NCBI GenBank assembly: GCA_017654855.1
Contig: CM030332.1
Coordinates: 6,944,001-7,008,000, forward strand
Source of the DNA: Podospora anserina
Lineage: Eukaryota
Reading direction: 5' to 3'
DNA length: 64,000 nucleotides
The number at the start of each line of letters is the position of its first letter. Positions within the stretch are counted from its first letter, which is position 1. The notes below the pieces were generated by a model that made no database searches, was not told where the DNA came from, and worked only from the letters and a program-made list of their open reading frames with translations. Shown in pieces: positions 24,104 through 36,826 of the stretch. Both the position numbers and the translations under genes were made by a program.

Positions 24104-25826
24104 TTAAACCACCACACCGGCCTCCCCACCAGAAGAGGGAACCGTCCAAGCAACCAAATCCTCCCTCACCTCCATCTCGTCCACCTCCTTCCCCCGCTTA
24201 AAATACCCAAACCCCCTCGTCCTCTCCCTCTCATGGTGGTCACTGCTCCCCGTCGTCGTCCCGCCACTCTCCTTATTGCCGAACCGGCTCCCGACGGTAA
24301 CCAAACTCGAACTCCGACTCCTCAAATCCCCCGCGTGCGTGATTTTGCTCTCCTCCCTCCTGTGCAACTGCCTCATCCCCCCGGCCACACCCAGCCCAAC
24401 ACCCCGCGACGACTCCCGGTTCAAGTCGGGCTGTTGATCTTGGTGTTGTTGACCCAGGACAGTATCCCCATCACTCGACCCGCTCCTGTGCCTCAGGTGA
24501 TGGCGGAATCGGTGGAGGTCGCGCGGGCGAAGGGTGGACGACATCATGTCCTGCGAGCTGTGGCTTTCCCCCTCGTCGTCCGTCTCATCAGCGGGATTGC
24601 TCGATTCGTGTCTGAACGACGGCAAGAGGCGGTTTGCGGACGGGGAGCGGCCCGGCAGGACCGTTGTCCGTCTGGTGTGCCCCCTTCCATTGGGGGCTTT
24701 GGACGCGCGACGGAACCCGTCGCCGCCGGAGAAGATATCCTCGATGCACTCGTCTGCGGGGAGCTCGCCCGGCTGGCTGGCCCAGCTGGCTGCCAAAGCG
24801 CGGCGGTACATATCCTGCGCTTCAAACACGTCACGAGATTTTCCAACGAGGGAAGAGGGAACGTGCCCGTTGGACGATTTCCCCACGTCAACCGGCTCGA
24901 GGGCCTCGCCGGCGACAAAACCGGCGATGCCGCCGAATACAGGGGCTGATTTTGGGGGTGGAGCCGCGTAGTTCCTTTCGCCGTCCACTTGGATCATGAG
25001 GATGGAAATTTTGAGCGTCGAGTTGATTTTGGACTCTTGCATCAGATACCGGCGCATGACGCCATCACGGACCTCGGACATGGGGCTGGTGGTGTTGCTG
25101 TCGTCTTCTGCTTCTGACGCAGGAGAGGAGCGGGGGCTGCCGTCAAGGGTCTCCGGGACGGTGGTGTTACTTAGGGAGCTGCGTTTGCGGTGGTGGCTGC
25201 TGGCGCCGGATTTGAGATCGCGGCTGGTAGGGGAGGAGAAGATATCCCTTAGACTTGGCCCGCCGAGAATGACACCATCTCGGAGGATGGCCTCGCTTTC
25301 CTCAATGTACTCGCTTAGGTTGAGACGGACGACACCAAGGCTGATTTTCTCATCGCGGCCGCTCGTGCTGGCGGTGCCGGGGCCGCTGAACTCTTGGAGC
25401 ACTTCGAACTCTATAGGGCATTCCACCAGGTTGCTGTTCCGGTCGATGCCGATGCGGACCGAGAAGACACGGGTGTAGTTATAGTCTACCCGGTGATTTT
25501 GAATGGGACATTTTTGTGTGCGCCCTCGTTGTTCACTGTGTATGCTGTGGGGGAGGTGCCATTTGATCAGTGACACTCCCGACACGAGTGGCACGTTGTT
25601 GAGGTCGTATATCTAATCAGCTGTAAGCCATGTGCTTAGTCACAGAGAAGGGGATGTTATTGAGCCTTACCTTGAGATGTACCTCGAACCTAGGCTGTGG
25701 AGAAAGGGGCGATGTTAGCTGTCTCATTGTCTCACCTTACTCGTACCCAATCAAACTGGTGCACGAAGAGAAGTGGGAAAAAAAACATACCTTTCTAGAT
25801 TTGCTCACTATAGGAAAGATGCGCAT
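24104..25826 (-). CDS. NT-C2 (EEIG1/EHBP1 N-terminal C2) domain protein. Exons 25826-25791, 25694-25671, 25612-24104; ~522 aa
   Basis: Spliced MRIFPIVSKSRK|PRFEVHLK|IYDLNNVPLVSG..KWHL, LGVVRLNLSEY, RRYLMQESKINSTLKISI and C-terminal EVDEMEVREDLVAW. Confidence 0.85.
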
Positions 25827-26925
25827 GTCAGCTGTCTGAGACCGTTATGACCAAGTGACGTAAAGTATCTCCCGTTGGGTCCGAAGTAAAGAGACGGGAG
25901 TTTTAGGGTTGGTGCACGGTTGGTTTGGTGGTTTGGTATAAAGACGTTGTTGCGGCTCGTGTACCGGTAGAATGTTGGAGCAACGGTTTGGGTGATGTTG
26001 CCAAATGCAAGACAATGAACAATGAAGCGTGAAATGCCAGTGAAACCAGATTGGCTGAAGAGCTTCTTCAGAGGCAAGGGAGGCAGGTTGAATAAGACGA
26101 GTGGTGAAAAGGAAAGAGGAAAAAAAAAAAAAAAGAATTGCTAGTCAAGCTTACTTAGGGATGCCATGACTTGTCACTAGCACAGATTATGAAGGTATGT
26201 AGCCTATGGTATGGATTGATTGATGCACATGAGACGGGCTATTACTGGAGAGTGTCAGATGGCGGACCGTTTCGTCGAAACCGGAGGCTGACGTCGGGGC
26301 GCGACAGGTCCAGGTTCGGTGACTTTCTTCCAGATTGCGACTATAATACCGTATATCAGCTTATCGCCCGCGGTATTTAGGTACAGTAGTAGTGTGGTAA
26401 GGTACGGCAAAGTCCAGGGCAGGGCAAGGTATCGTCAAAACTTGGAATGTAAGGTAGAAGTATCGCCGGAAGCACCGAGACCGCGGGACATTCGGCTCTA
26501 ATCGCGATGGAACGTCAGTGGGGAGTATATACAAGTTCACTAACCTGGATTGTGCTTTGAAGACTCTCTGGCGGCTTCAGAACGCGCCGGTGGACTCAAT
26601 GCCAGGCATTGAAATGCTTCTAAAGAGGTGGTTGCTGAAACCTGCTTGGTCGTTGGCTGGTGGTGCCAAGGGGTTCTTGGGGGATCTCGCCCCTGTCAGG
26701 GAACAGCCGGGGGTGGAGCTTGGGCCGAGGGGCACGCCAAGTCGTCCTGGGCCTAGTGCAGGGGCCATCTGATAAGATAAGAGCTCCAAAAATTCACGGT
26801 CCAAAGTTAAACAGTGACTTCATTTACACAGCAAACAAGCTCGACGACAAAACAGAATTATTCGGGACTGGGCTCAGTTGGGAGGTTTTCACCGCATTCT
26901 CGTACTTCCCAAGACCACAGCCAAG

Positions 26926-29640
26926 ATGGTGAAACGAAAAGACCCTCCAGGAGGAGGCAAAGACAGCCACGGACGCCAACCAAACAACACGCGCAACACC
27001 AAGCGCGCCAAAGTTCAAACTGCCCGCACCATTCGCACACAGCCCTCCGATGCTGCGCTCGAAGACGGCAAGCTCGATTTGAACAGATTCCTCAATGCCC
27101 GTGAATTCGAAATCAAATCCCTCGAAAGAAGCATGAACAAATGCAAGGCCATCAATGCCACCCGCGTTTTCCAGATGGTGCCCCGCGCGATGCGCCGGAG
27201 GACAGCAAGCCATAATGTGAAGAGAGTGCCAAAGAGACTGCGTGCGCAAGCGAGAAAGGAAATGCTGGAAGACAATACGCCGACGGTCGAGTCGAGGAAA
27301 CGAAAGCCCCGCACAACCCGCGCCCGAATACGTGCCGAGACGATGAGGAAGCTACGATATTTGGCCGAGAAGAAAAGGAAGAGGAAGGCTAAGAAGGCCG
27401 GTGATGGGGCGGTGGAGGAGGTGCAAAGGAGAGGATCAGCTGTGGTAACGACGAGACCTCCACGGCCAAAAATACGACGGAACATGCTGAACGAGCCACC
27501 GAAAGCCGACTCGAAATACAGAAAACGCCAGATTAACAAGACCTGGCTACCAACCCATTTATGGCATGCGAAACGGGCCACGATGACGAGGCCAAGCAGC
27601 CCCTTGTGGAGATTTGCCATTCCACTCACATCGACGGCGAAGTGCTACCGACCAACACATCGTGCTTCCGGGCAAAAGGGGGTGGTTGCGTGGGATACCA
27701 GTTACATGAGCACGATAGGGGTTTATGGAACGGCTGACTGTCTCGAGCGGGCGTTAAGGTATCTGGGGTTGGTACAAGAGGGTCTTTGGAATACGAGAGG
27801 CAAGAAATGGAGGGCCGGTGTTCGGAAATGGACAGGTACCGTCAGCAGGCAACAGAAGGGTTCGAAACGGGATATTGGTCCCGCCACGATAGTCTGGAAC
27901 CCACAACCGCCTGCGACAACTTCGGACGAGATGGAGACGTCTGAGAAGCCCAAGAAGCCCCGGAGACAGATTCTTATTCGCACTCATCCATCTTGTTTCC
28001 TCGAATTATTTGAGGAGTTACTCAAGGTTGCAAAAGGCCAGAAGCCTCAGCTTCACGTGGAGGACCTACGGTTCGAAGTCGGCAGCATTGAGCTAGTTGG
28101 GCCGGCCTCTACGGAAACATTGTTGGGAATTCTTGAACCCTTTCACGAATCACCAGAAGCGGCCGAACGCCATGCTAGTGTCTTCCGGTCCCTCGCTGGA
28201 GTAGCAAATCCGGCATCTCTGCCCAAGGACGCAATTCTTGCCTTTTCGGCCAGGGACCCGCGTTTGTCTTATCCCCCAAAGCGAGTCGAGATTCCCAGCG
28301 GAGGCGAACAGACAATCCTCAAGACACTCACAGATTGGCCAGTCGAGGAAAACCTCAAGCCATACGACATATTCGACCGAGAGAGCCGCTATCAAGCTTC
28401 GAGAATGCCATCACAAAAGTCACTCAACCGCCGAAAAGGCGCGAATGCTCCAGGAGAGCCTATCAAGGTCACCGCAGCAGACCCCCCCATTCCAGTCATG
28501 TTGCTCGCCTCAAGACCTGGCACAGACGGTCAGGCCCAGGGTACGTGGACATTACTCGCTCCGTGGAAATGCATCCAGCACATCTGGTACTGCTTGATGC
28601 AGTACCCCGTCAGCACAGGCGGGAACCCTCGGCTGGGAGGGCTTGAAGAGCAGAGACAAATCGCTTTTGAGCACGGGACTCCATGGTTCCCGGGGGATTT
28701 CCCGGCAACGACTGCCGGCATGAACTGGGAGCTGGAGGAGAGGGCCAAGAGGAGGGGGGATTGGGATCGACGACCAAAGAGCAAGAGATTGGAATGGAAG
28801 TCGCTCGATCTCGGGGCGGGGAGAAAAGGCGAGATCGGAGATGGGTTGGCGTGTGATTTTGAGTACCTGTTTGGGGTGTCAGTCCGAACCCGAACCCAGG
28901 GGAAACCTGACGCAGTGTCGATCCCGGATGCCGCCGCGGAAGCGATGGTGGTTGATCCACCTGCCGAGCAGCCGCAATCTCCAGTCGGTATGACGATCAG
29001 GCAGGTGACGAAGACGGAGTTTAGCGCATTGATGAAATCGGGAAGCGGGGAGGGGGTGGTGCCGGAGGGAGGGATTGTTGCTGTTGGGTTGGAGTTTGTG
29101 ACGAGGGGGGTTGCGAAGCCTTGTGCGAGGATTTATCGGCTGCCGAGGAAGGGGGGGAAGGTTGGAGGTGCGGTTGGCGTTCCGTCCACGCAGGCGGAGG
29201 TGCCTGCTACGCCTGAGGCGAGGACGAGGGACGGGTTGCCGGTTGACTTGAGCGAGCAATGGCTTTCCAAGGTACCGAATGGGGACAAGAAAAAGGGAGC
29301 TGCTGTTCCAAGGATGCCGGTTGGGGTGGATATGGAGACCAGGAAGAAGATTCTGGCCGGGTCACTTCTGGCTGTGGAGGTTCCCTATCCCAAGCCCGCC
29401 GCGGGTAATCAGACGGATTTTGGGGGTCACCCGCTTTGTCCTGGGGAGGAGGACTTGATTGGGTTTGTGACTACGGGCGCGTTCAGCCTCAGCGAGGGAA
29501 GGGGGACGGCGATTGGGTCGATTTCGGCGGGGAGGGCGCTCGAGACGTTGAGGGAGACGGGGCCCCGGGAGGGGAAGTTTTGTGTGGTTAGGAATGCGGG
29601 TGAGAGTATAGGTTGGTTGGCGAGGTGGGAGGTTGTTTGA
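26926..29640 (+). CDS. pop1: RNase P/MRP subunit Pop1, ~904 aa, intronless
   Basis: FLNAREFEI, FQMVPRAMRRRTASHNVKRVP, WLPTHLWHAKR, WDTSY, POPLD-type GGLEEQRQIAFEHGTPWFPGDFP and LIGFVTTG. Confidence 0.96.
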   Translation: MVKRKDPPGGGKDSHGRQPNNTRNTKRAKVQTARTIRTQPSDAALEDGKLDLNRFLNAREFEIKSLERSMNKCKAINATRVFQMVPRAMRRRTASHNVKRVPKRLRAQARKEMLEDNTPTVESRKRKPRTTRARIRAETMRKLRYLAEKKRKRKAKKAGDGAVEEVQRRGSAVVTTRPPRPKIRRNMLNEPPKADSKYRKRQINKTWLPTHLWHAKRATMTRPSSPLWRFAIPLTSTAKCYRPTHRASGQKGVVAWDTSYMSTIGVYGTADCLERALRYLGLVQEGLWNTRGKKWRAGVRKWTGTVSRQQKGSKRDIGPATIVWNPQPPATTSDEMETSEKPKKPRRQILIRTHPSCFLELFEELLKVAKGQKPQLHVEDLRFEVGSIELVGPASTETLLGILEPFHESPEAAERHASVFRSLAGVANPASLPKDAILAFSARDPRLSYPPKRVEIPSGGEQTILKTLTDWPVEENLKPYDIFDRESRYQASRMPSQKSLNRRKGANAPGEPIKVTAADPPIPVMLLASRPGTDGQAQGTWTLLAPWKCIQHIWYCLMQYPVSTGGNPRLGGLEEQRQIAFEHGTPWFPGDFPATTAGMNWELEERAKRRGDWDRRPKSKRLEWKSLDLGAGRKGEIGDGLACDFEYLFGVSVRTRTQGKPDAVSIPDAAAEAMVVDPPAEQPQSPVGMTIRQVTKTEFSALMKSGSGEGVVPEGGIVAVGLEFVTRGVAKPCARIYRLPRKGGKVGGAVGVPSTQAEVPATPEARTRDGLPVDLSEQWLSKVPNGDKKKGAAVPRMPVGVDMETRKKILAGSLLAVEVPYPKPAAGNQTDFGGHPLCPGEEDLIGFVTTGAFSLSEGRGTAIGSISAGRALETLRETGPREGKFCVVRNAGESIGWLARWEVV

Positions 29641-31541
29641 TGGGATGGAAAAATCATGATACGACAATTTTACCTATTTTGTGGGAAATATGGGATTCTT
29701 ACGAATGCAATGGTGAAGCTGAAAGAGCAAACAAGCATCGGGATGGTGTGCAGCCAGCTTTTTGCTGTAAAGGAACCCACCCAACACTCAAGGGCTTGAA
29801 GCTTTGTACCAAGCAGGGATGATCCCGAGATGTGAGACCTGCAGTTATGTATACAAGGCTCGATTGGATTGACCTGGGAGCGGTAAGATGTTCGGGTTCG
29901 GGGAGGGTGGGTTGCCAAATCAACAATCTGATCTTTACCGGTCAAGCCAGAATCGGGCATATGATAGGCATTGGGCAAGGGAAATGTGACGAGGTCTCTT
30001 TTGTAAAAAGCTGGTCACCCAATGAAGGGCAGATGATCACAATCATAGGTGGTGGTGGCGGATGAGTTTTTGGACTCGTGAGACACTGTCACACGGGTCG
30101 TTGGGCAGATGGAAATACACCGCTTTGGGTTTCTATACCGCAATGAGGAATTGCATGGACTGGGTTGGGAGTGGATGCAGCATCTTTGTGCGAGTCTGTC
30201 GGCTGGAGATGCCCTTCGGAATGAGGTCTAGCCGCGAGAGACGAAGGGGGAAGGATTATCGTCGTTTGAAGGCTCACCGGATGCAAGGTGTCGAGTGTGG
30301 CTTGATAACTCGCAGGTTTTGGTTTTTGGTTTTTGTTGATGAGACGGGGGAGGTGATCGGCGGGGAGCTAAGATTCGATTATGTGAGGCACGGTTTTGGG
30401 ATGTCTTACTCAACTGGCTGGCTGTCTTGTTTGTGAGAAGGGGTTTTGCCTCTCGGTAGAATTTCACTTGGTGATATATCCGGTAGACATGATATTTACC
30501 CATCTGTGTGCTGTGATGGTGATAGAAAGGGGCTTAAACACACCGTTCCCAGATGCACCACCCTCGGCCGAGCCAACCGGCGGGAGGAAAATGCAGGCGT
30601 CAGGTGCATCAACGTCGTCGAAAAATGCTTGGGTCCTCCCAAAGTTGGCTGGCGCACCAAGTTCCCGGTTGATGTGTGCTTGTATTCGCATATTACCTCG
30701 GATGATTAAGACCAAAAGCGTATGCCGAGACAAACGACCGAGACGGGAGGCAGAGAGGCTCCAGATTGCTTGCCGTTGCTAACCAGACTTTTTACACATT
30801 TCTCCCGGAACAAATGTCAATGTCAGTCAGATAGTGGGAAAAACAAGTCATCACTCATCGTACGAGGTAGTGGGCAGACAAGCCAGGACAAGGCCTGGTC
30901 ACTGACTGCGCAAAAAGTCCAAAATCGGCGGCCCGGAATCTAGAGCGACCCCGTCTGGAGCCTATCACACTGGGCCGTCACCCGCGGCCAGCTGTGTGTG
31001 TCCAGTCAAGTTATTCAGAGCTGTCATCCGGCTCACCGCGAAGCACACGGGCACACAGCCCAGCCCCAATTCCATTCCTGCAAGTTGCACAAACAACATC
31101 TCTTCCTTTTTCTCTCCTTTTCCAAACAACAGCAGAGAATTGACCCGTCTCCATCGCGCTGGCCCCAAGCTCTCGGGCCGTGCCCGTGCGGATAGACACA
31201 ACTCTGACATTGGCCTGCCGACTTGGCACGATCGGCCAAGACAGCCCACCTACAACCCAAGAGAGAGAAGAGGGTCCTCACCTTGTCCGGAAGCTGGATT
31301 GGCAACTGCGATAACCCCATCCACTAACCCCCACCCACCCCCGTCACCACCCCTCGACGGCGCTTCGAACAACAACCATATGGGACCACTCAAGAGGTCA
31401 TTTTCGCATGTCATGCCTCGAAAACTCCCAGAAAACACCGTTTGATCGGATACGGTCCTGCTTGCTTTTATTTTTATTTTTATTTATTTTTTTTATAAAT
31501 TTTTTATACTGGAATATTAATTGGTTTTTGCGGCAGCAGCC

Positions 31542-33828
31542 ATGGCGATGGCTACTACCCTGTCGCCCATCCTGAACAACCCAACCTCGAATCCTGTCAG
31601 CCCTGTCGTCACCACCACGGGCGGTGGCCCACCCGAGTTAAGCGATATCGATTATCTCCGCGAGGTCCTGGGGCAGCAGCAACCACCCGACGGCAAAACA
31701 GAGGCGGATATCGAGTCGGAACTTGCTGACAAGGCGGCGGCGTTGGGGATAGAGCTGCCGATTGAAGGGGGGGCGAGGTTGACGGTGGAGGAGCAGCTGT
31801 CGAGTGGTGAGTCGGATGGTGCTTTTACTAGGCAGCATGGGAGGACGGTGTCGTCGACGAGCTCGAACGAGACGGTTAACTCTGGTTCTGGTTCACATGC
31901 GTCGCGCCACTCGATAGTGCTGCCGGCAACGTTGACGGAGTCGGCTGCGAGGAGGAGGTCGAGGAGTTTGACTTTTTCGCAGTATGAGAAGTATCTAGGC
32001 CAGATCAACCCTGCGCTGGATCAGCCCAAGTTTATGAGGCCGCAGCATGACAAGACGGAGAGGTCGGTGGGGATATTGGTTAGGTCAGGGACGAGGAAGG
32101 GGGTGATGGATCTCAAGAGGAGCATTGCTAGCAGGTTAAAGAGAAGGAGAGCTACACCTTCCTCTCTGACGCCCATGTAAGTTTTTCTTGCTCGAGTTGG
32201 CACCTCAACCCCATATTGACCCCCTTTTTCACAGCCCCTGCATCTGCTGCCGCGAAGACTTTTCCCGCGAAAACAACACCCTCCAAACCCTCCCGTGCGG
32301 CCACACCTACTGTCAAGATTGTCTTGAAGTCATGATCGCCCAGTCCACCTCGGACGAGTCCAAAATGCCTCCCCGCTGCTGCACCCAGCCCATCCCCACC
32401 CCCATCATCAAGAGCGTCCTCCCTCGTGACAAACAGCAGCTATTCCTCAAAGCGGTCCAGCAGTACTCCACCCCCTGGGAAAACCGGATCTTTTGCCCAA
32501 ACACCACCTGCGGCGAGTTCATCCCCCCCACCTCCAAAATCGACCCGAAGCACCCCTTTGAAGCGGTGTGCAGGTACTGCCGGACGAGGGTTTGCGTCAT
32601 GTGCAAACGGAACGCGCACAGGCTGGGACAGGACTGTCCGTCTGATAGGGAGCTGGACGCGGTGCTTAAGATTGGTGAATGTTCCGGGTGGAGGAGGTGC
32701 TACAAGTGCCGGACGTTGGTGGAGCTGGCGCAGGGATGCACGCATATCACCTGTCGGTGCAAGGCGCAGTTTTGTTACATTTGCGGTGCGGTCTGGGATC
32801 CGTGCGTGGGGTGTCCGAATTTTTGCAACGGGGAGGAGGAGCTGGAGCGGAGGAGGGTGGCGGAGGAGGCGAGGTTGGCGGAGCTGGAGGCGGAGGAGCT
32901 GGCGAGGGAGAAGTTGGCGGAGCAGGAGGAGAGGGAGCGGCAGGAGAGGGAGAGGAGGACACTGGATAATGTCGAGTTTAGGATGTTGAAAAGAGAACAA
33001 GAGGCGGAGATGCATCGGTTCAGGGCGTTCGAGCTGGGGGCGAAGCAGAAGATGAAGGAGAGGCACTCGAAAAAGAGGATGGCGCTGGGGGAGAAGTATG
33101 ACGAGCTGACGGAGAAGATGAGGGAGAGGCACGCGAAGACGGAGCAGCATTTGGAGGATCGGCAGGTGCTGGCCGAGTTTGAGCTGTTGGCGAGTTTGGA
33201 GGAGAAGGAGAAGAAGATTAGGCTGAAGCTGAAGTATATGGAGGATTATTGCAGTGGGAGGCACCGGCCGTCGGCGAGTGAGCTGAGTGCGGATCCGGAG
33301 GAGAGGAAGATGCCGAGACGGGAGATCACGATGAAGGATAGGGAACAGCTGAGGCAGCAGTACTGCATACGGGATGGGATGGAGAGGAAGCATCAGTCGC
33401 AGATTAATGTGTTGAGGGAGAAGCAAGCGAAGGCGCTGGAGGAGCTGATTGAACGGCATGAGAAGGAGATGGATGCGCTGATGGACAGGCGAGCGGAAGA
33501 GATTGAGGATTTGGCGGTTGAGTTTACAAACGAGGAAGAAGAGATGGTAGGGGTCTTTAGGGAGAGGAGGAGGAGGCTAGAGTGGAAGTGGGAGTTGGAG
33601 ATGGAGATCCTTCGAGTGAGAATGGAGAGAGAGCTGGGGGTCGCCTTCGTGAGACTTGGGGGGCCAAAGTGGCCTGAGGAACAACAGCTGGTCCTGCAGC
33701 AACAGCAAATAGTAGCTGAGCACGAGCAGCAGCAGGAGTACATATTGCCTGTGGTGGCGGGGATGGAGAGTATCACGGTAGACGAGGTTCAGGTTGAGCC
33801 TGAAGCTGAGGTTGGGATTGCGAAGTGA
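31542..33828 (+). CDS. RBR (RING1-IBR-RING2) E3 ubiquitin ligase with a C-terminal coiled coil. Exons 31542-32176, 32235-33828; ~742 aa
   Basis: CICC...CGHTYCQDC...PPRCC, FCPNTTC...CRYC..VCVMC...H, and RRCYKC...GCTHITCRCKAQFCYICG. Long E/R/K-rich helical tail. Intron GTAAGT...TTGAC...CAG. Confidence 0.92.
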
Positions 33829-34323
33829 ATTTCCGTTTTCGACTGACACTACCAGACCACACCACACATTTCTTTTTTCCTTTCTTGGATTGGATTGGAG
33901 TTTTATCCTTACGAAACCTGCTTTTGCTTTGGGGGTACGCTGTCATCGCTTTGGCGTTTTTGCCTGTCTGTTTTGTTCGGTTTGTTTTACCATCTTAGGG
34001 CATTTACATTGGAAGAACGATTGGGCGGGGTGTATCGATACCATAAGGGACTGGGGCGTGGGAGGAAAGAAAGGAACTGGCTGACATGGAAGGGTGGGAT
34101 TTGGTGGAAACGGAAAGATCAAGGCGTAATATGGCACTGGGGGAAGTGTGAGCAATGTGTTTTTATTTTAGTTACATTTTTGATACCTACCCCTATTTAC
34201 CTATGAAGAGGAAGAAGGAAAGTGACATACGATTCTGCTCTCGTCGGCTTTGTTAGTGTTTTCTTCCCAATAGTGTATGTGAGTAGCTGCAGTTACCTAT
34301 ATCTGCTTAAAGGATATTGATTA

Positions 34324-34720
34324 TGTTAGAAGATGGTGCTGCTGTGTCTTTTGTGTGTGGAGATTCAAACTAGAAGAGCCGAACAACAAAAGAAGACATA
34401 CAGCTAGCTCGGCACCCTGCCCACAGAATAATTGACACAATAGGATAGCCCATATTATAATGAAAACTACTACACCTTGCAGGGTAACCACTAGGCATTT
34501 AACTATAGCTAATAGCCCTGTAAAGATAATCAAAAGGTCTTTTATGATGTTTCACAATCCTGTTAATGTACTTCCAAGGCATGGTTTACAACATTATATA
34601 GACCAACTTACTCTTGCTGTGTCCATTATTCTGTGGGCAGGGTGCTAGGGAAGGTATCTTGGCTGGTTTGTGACCAACTCTCAAGGCCACACTCACTGAT
34701 CACCATCCATCTATTGGGCC
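34324..34720. mobile_element. Possible RIP-degraded repeat relic (short AT/TpA-rich, CpG-poor patch)
   Basis: Abrupt compositional shift with dense TpA and almost no CpG from ~34415 to ~34715. No recognisable transposon protein. Confidence 0.25.
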
Positions 34721-35395
34721 GTCTTATCATTTTGGCCGACGAGAACATCTCAGAAATGTCACCTTGGCCCTCCCTCGCTCTCACATGAGAGATATCCAGA
34801 GCAGCAGCTATTAAATTCATTGGACATTTATTCCCAGAAGGTGGATCAATGTTTTTTCTCTCATTAAGCCAGCAGCGGCAAGCAAAGTTGTCCGAATACT
34901 ATCAGTCAGGAAACTGTTCTTGACCATCTCTCTTTTCTATTGATCACTTATTCTCTTCATCAAAAGTACCTTAGGTATACAACCAACTGATCCACGCCTA
35001 GTGCATATCTCGTCTTCTCATATCATTCACGCTTTCTCTCCCATTTCCATCAGCATATGCTCGTCCTTTTACATCTGCGGCGCTAGCAACTCCTACCCCT
35101 TCTGAACGCCAAATTTCGACTTCCAACCGCTCCAAAATCTTCAAATATCTCAACATGCTACCCCTCACCAGTCAGTGACCCAGACCACAAATATAACCTC
35201 CTCGTACCAATTTCCCATAACGCCGTTCCAATTCCCAAAGTCTCAAATCACTTGCCCGACCGTGGCAGAAATAATCCCTCTCATACCCTGACAAAAATAA
35301 CCAAAAACAACAAAAGGATGTTGGTATCCCCACCCAAACCCGTTCCAAAACAACAAAAAAAAACAAAAAAAAAACACAACCCGTAGCATCACCGA

Positions 35396-36826
35396 CTAAA
35401 AATCCTTAAAATACTCGTCATACTTCTCAGCCATCTCACCGGTATACTCCTCCTTCCTATCATCCTCCTCCGGGTAAATATCAAAACACTGCGCATCCCC
35501 CGGGTACCTCACCGGTGGCAGTATCGGACCCTTGTATTTCCTCGCCAGCACCGCATCCCAGTCCACCCCCTTGAAAAAAGGGTGAGCTTTTACCCTGGCA
35601 GCGCCGCCGCTGATGTTGCCTAACCTTCGAGAACGATCAACCGTGCAGAATTGGAGGATGATGTCTTTTGCTTCTGGGGAGATGGGTGGGTCTTGGGGGA
35701 AGACGACCGGTTTTTCTACAATTCTGGGAGATAAGTGTTATTAAGGGGGCAGCTGGGAAGTTTGAGACGAAAAAGGGAGGGGGGGGGGAACATACTGTTT
35801 GTAGATTTCGATTGGGTTCGAGTGCCAGAACGGTGGGTACCCAGTTAGGAACTCGTAGATTAGAATCCCCAACGCCCACCAGTCTACCGCTGTGGTGTGC
35901 CCCTTGTTGTGAATCACTTCTGGAGCGAGGTATTCTGGTGTGCCGCAGAGGGTGTACGTCTCTTCGGGATGATCGTTTTCGTTGTTGCCCAGCCGTTTCG
36001 CAAAGCCAAAGTCTACGAGCTTGATGTGGCCTTCTGCGTCGAGGAGGAGGTTTTCCGGCTTCATGTCCCGGTAGGCGATGCCGCCTTGGTGTTCGTGCAG
36101 GTATTCGAGCACGAGGACGATTTCAGCAGCATAAAACCGGGCCATGTCCTCGTCGAAACGGCGGTATTTGCGGAGGTAGGTGAAGAGCTCGCCGCCGGGG
36201 ATGTAGTCGAGGAGGATATACAGAAAGTCATGGTCGGAGAAGGAGGCCTGGAAGGAGGTGATGAAGGGGTGGCCTGAGACATCGGAGAGGATTTGCCGCT
36301 CGTGGCGGACGTGGTCGATTTGCTTTAGCTTTATTACTGAGAGGGAACCAAAGGTTAGTGCGAGGTTAGGACGGCTGTGAAAATAGATGAGACGTACCCT
36401 CGGTCTTGCGGAGAATTTTGAGAGCGTAGACTTTGCTGCGATCGGCTTCGGTACCGTGCGATGGCCGAACAAGGCATACGCGCGCAAATGTTCCTGTGCG
36501 ATTGTGGCGGTTAGTACAGGACTCGGATGCGGTAGGGAGGAAAGCTTCAACTCACCCGTTCCTAACGTTCTCACCCTTGAGAAATCGGCCAGACTTAGCT
36601 TCTTGGACGTTAAATCAAACGGCTCCTGATCGCGGGCATTTATCCTTTGCTGAGACTGCTGTTGCTGCTGCTTCGCGGCATTGGCTGCCGCGGCCGCCAT
36701 CAAGGGATGAAGACCACCACCTCCTCCACTAGCACCACCACCACCACCGCCGCCGCCGCCGCCGCCATTACTTGCTGGGCCCCCAGGCGAGAGGGGTTGT
36801 TGTGAATGCGCAACAGTGGCCGCCAT
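35396..36826 (-). CDS. pkac-2: cAMP-dependent protein kinase catalytic subunit, second (PkaB/Cpk2/PRKX-like) type. Exons 36826-36556, 36493-36398, 36336-35796, 35723-35396; ~411 aa
   Basis: RTLGTG|TFARV, VIKLKQIDHV, YRDMKPENLLL, DFGFAK, TYTLCGTPEYLAPE and terminal YFKDF* (PKA FxxF). Three canonical introns in phase. The paralog assignment is inferred. Confidence 0.9.

Noticed and set aside
32440-33459. 339-aa Leu/Pro-rich minus-strand ORF
   Set aside because: Antisense to the GAG/AGG-rich coiled-coil region of the RBR ligase
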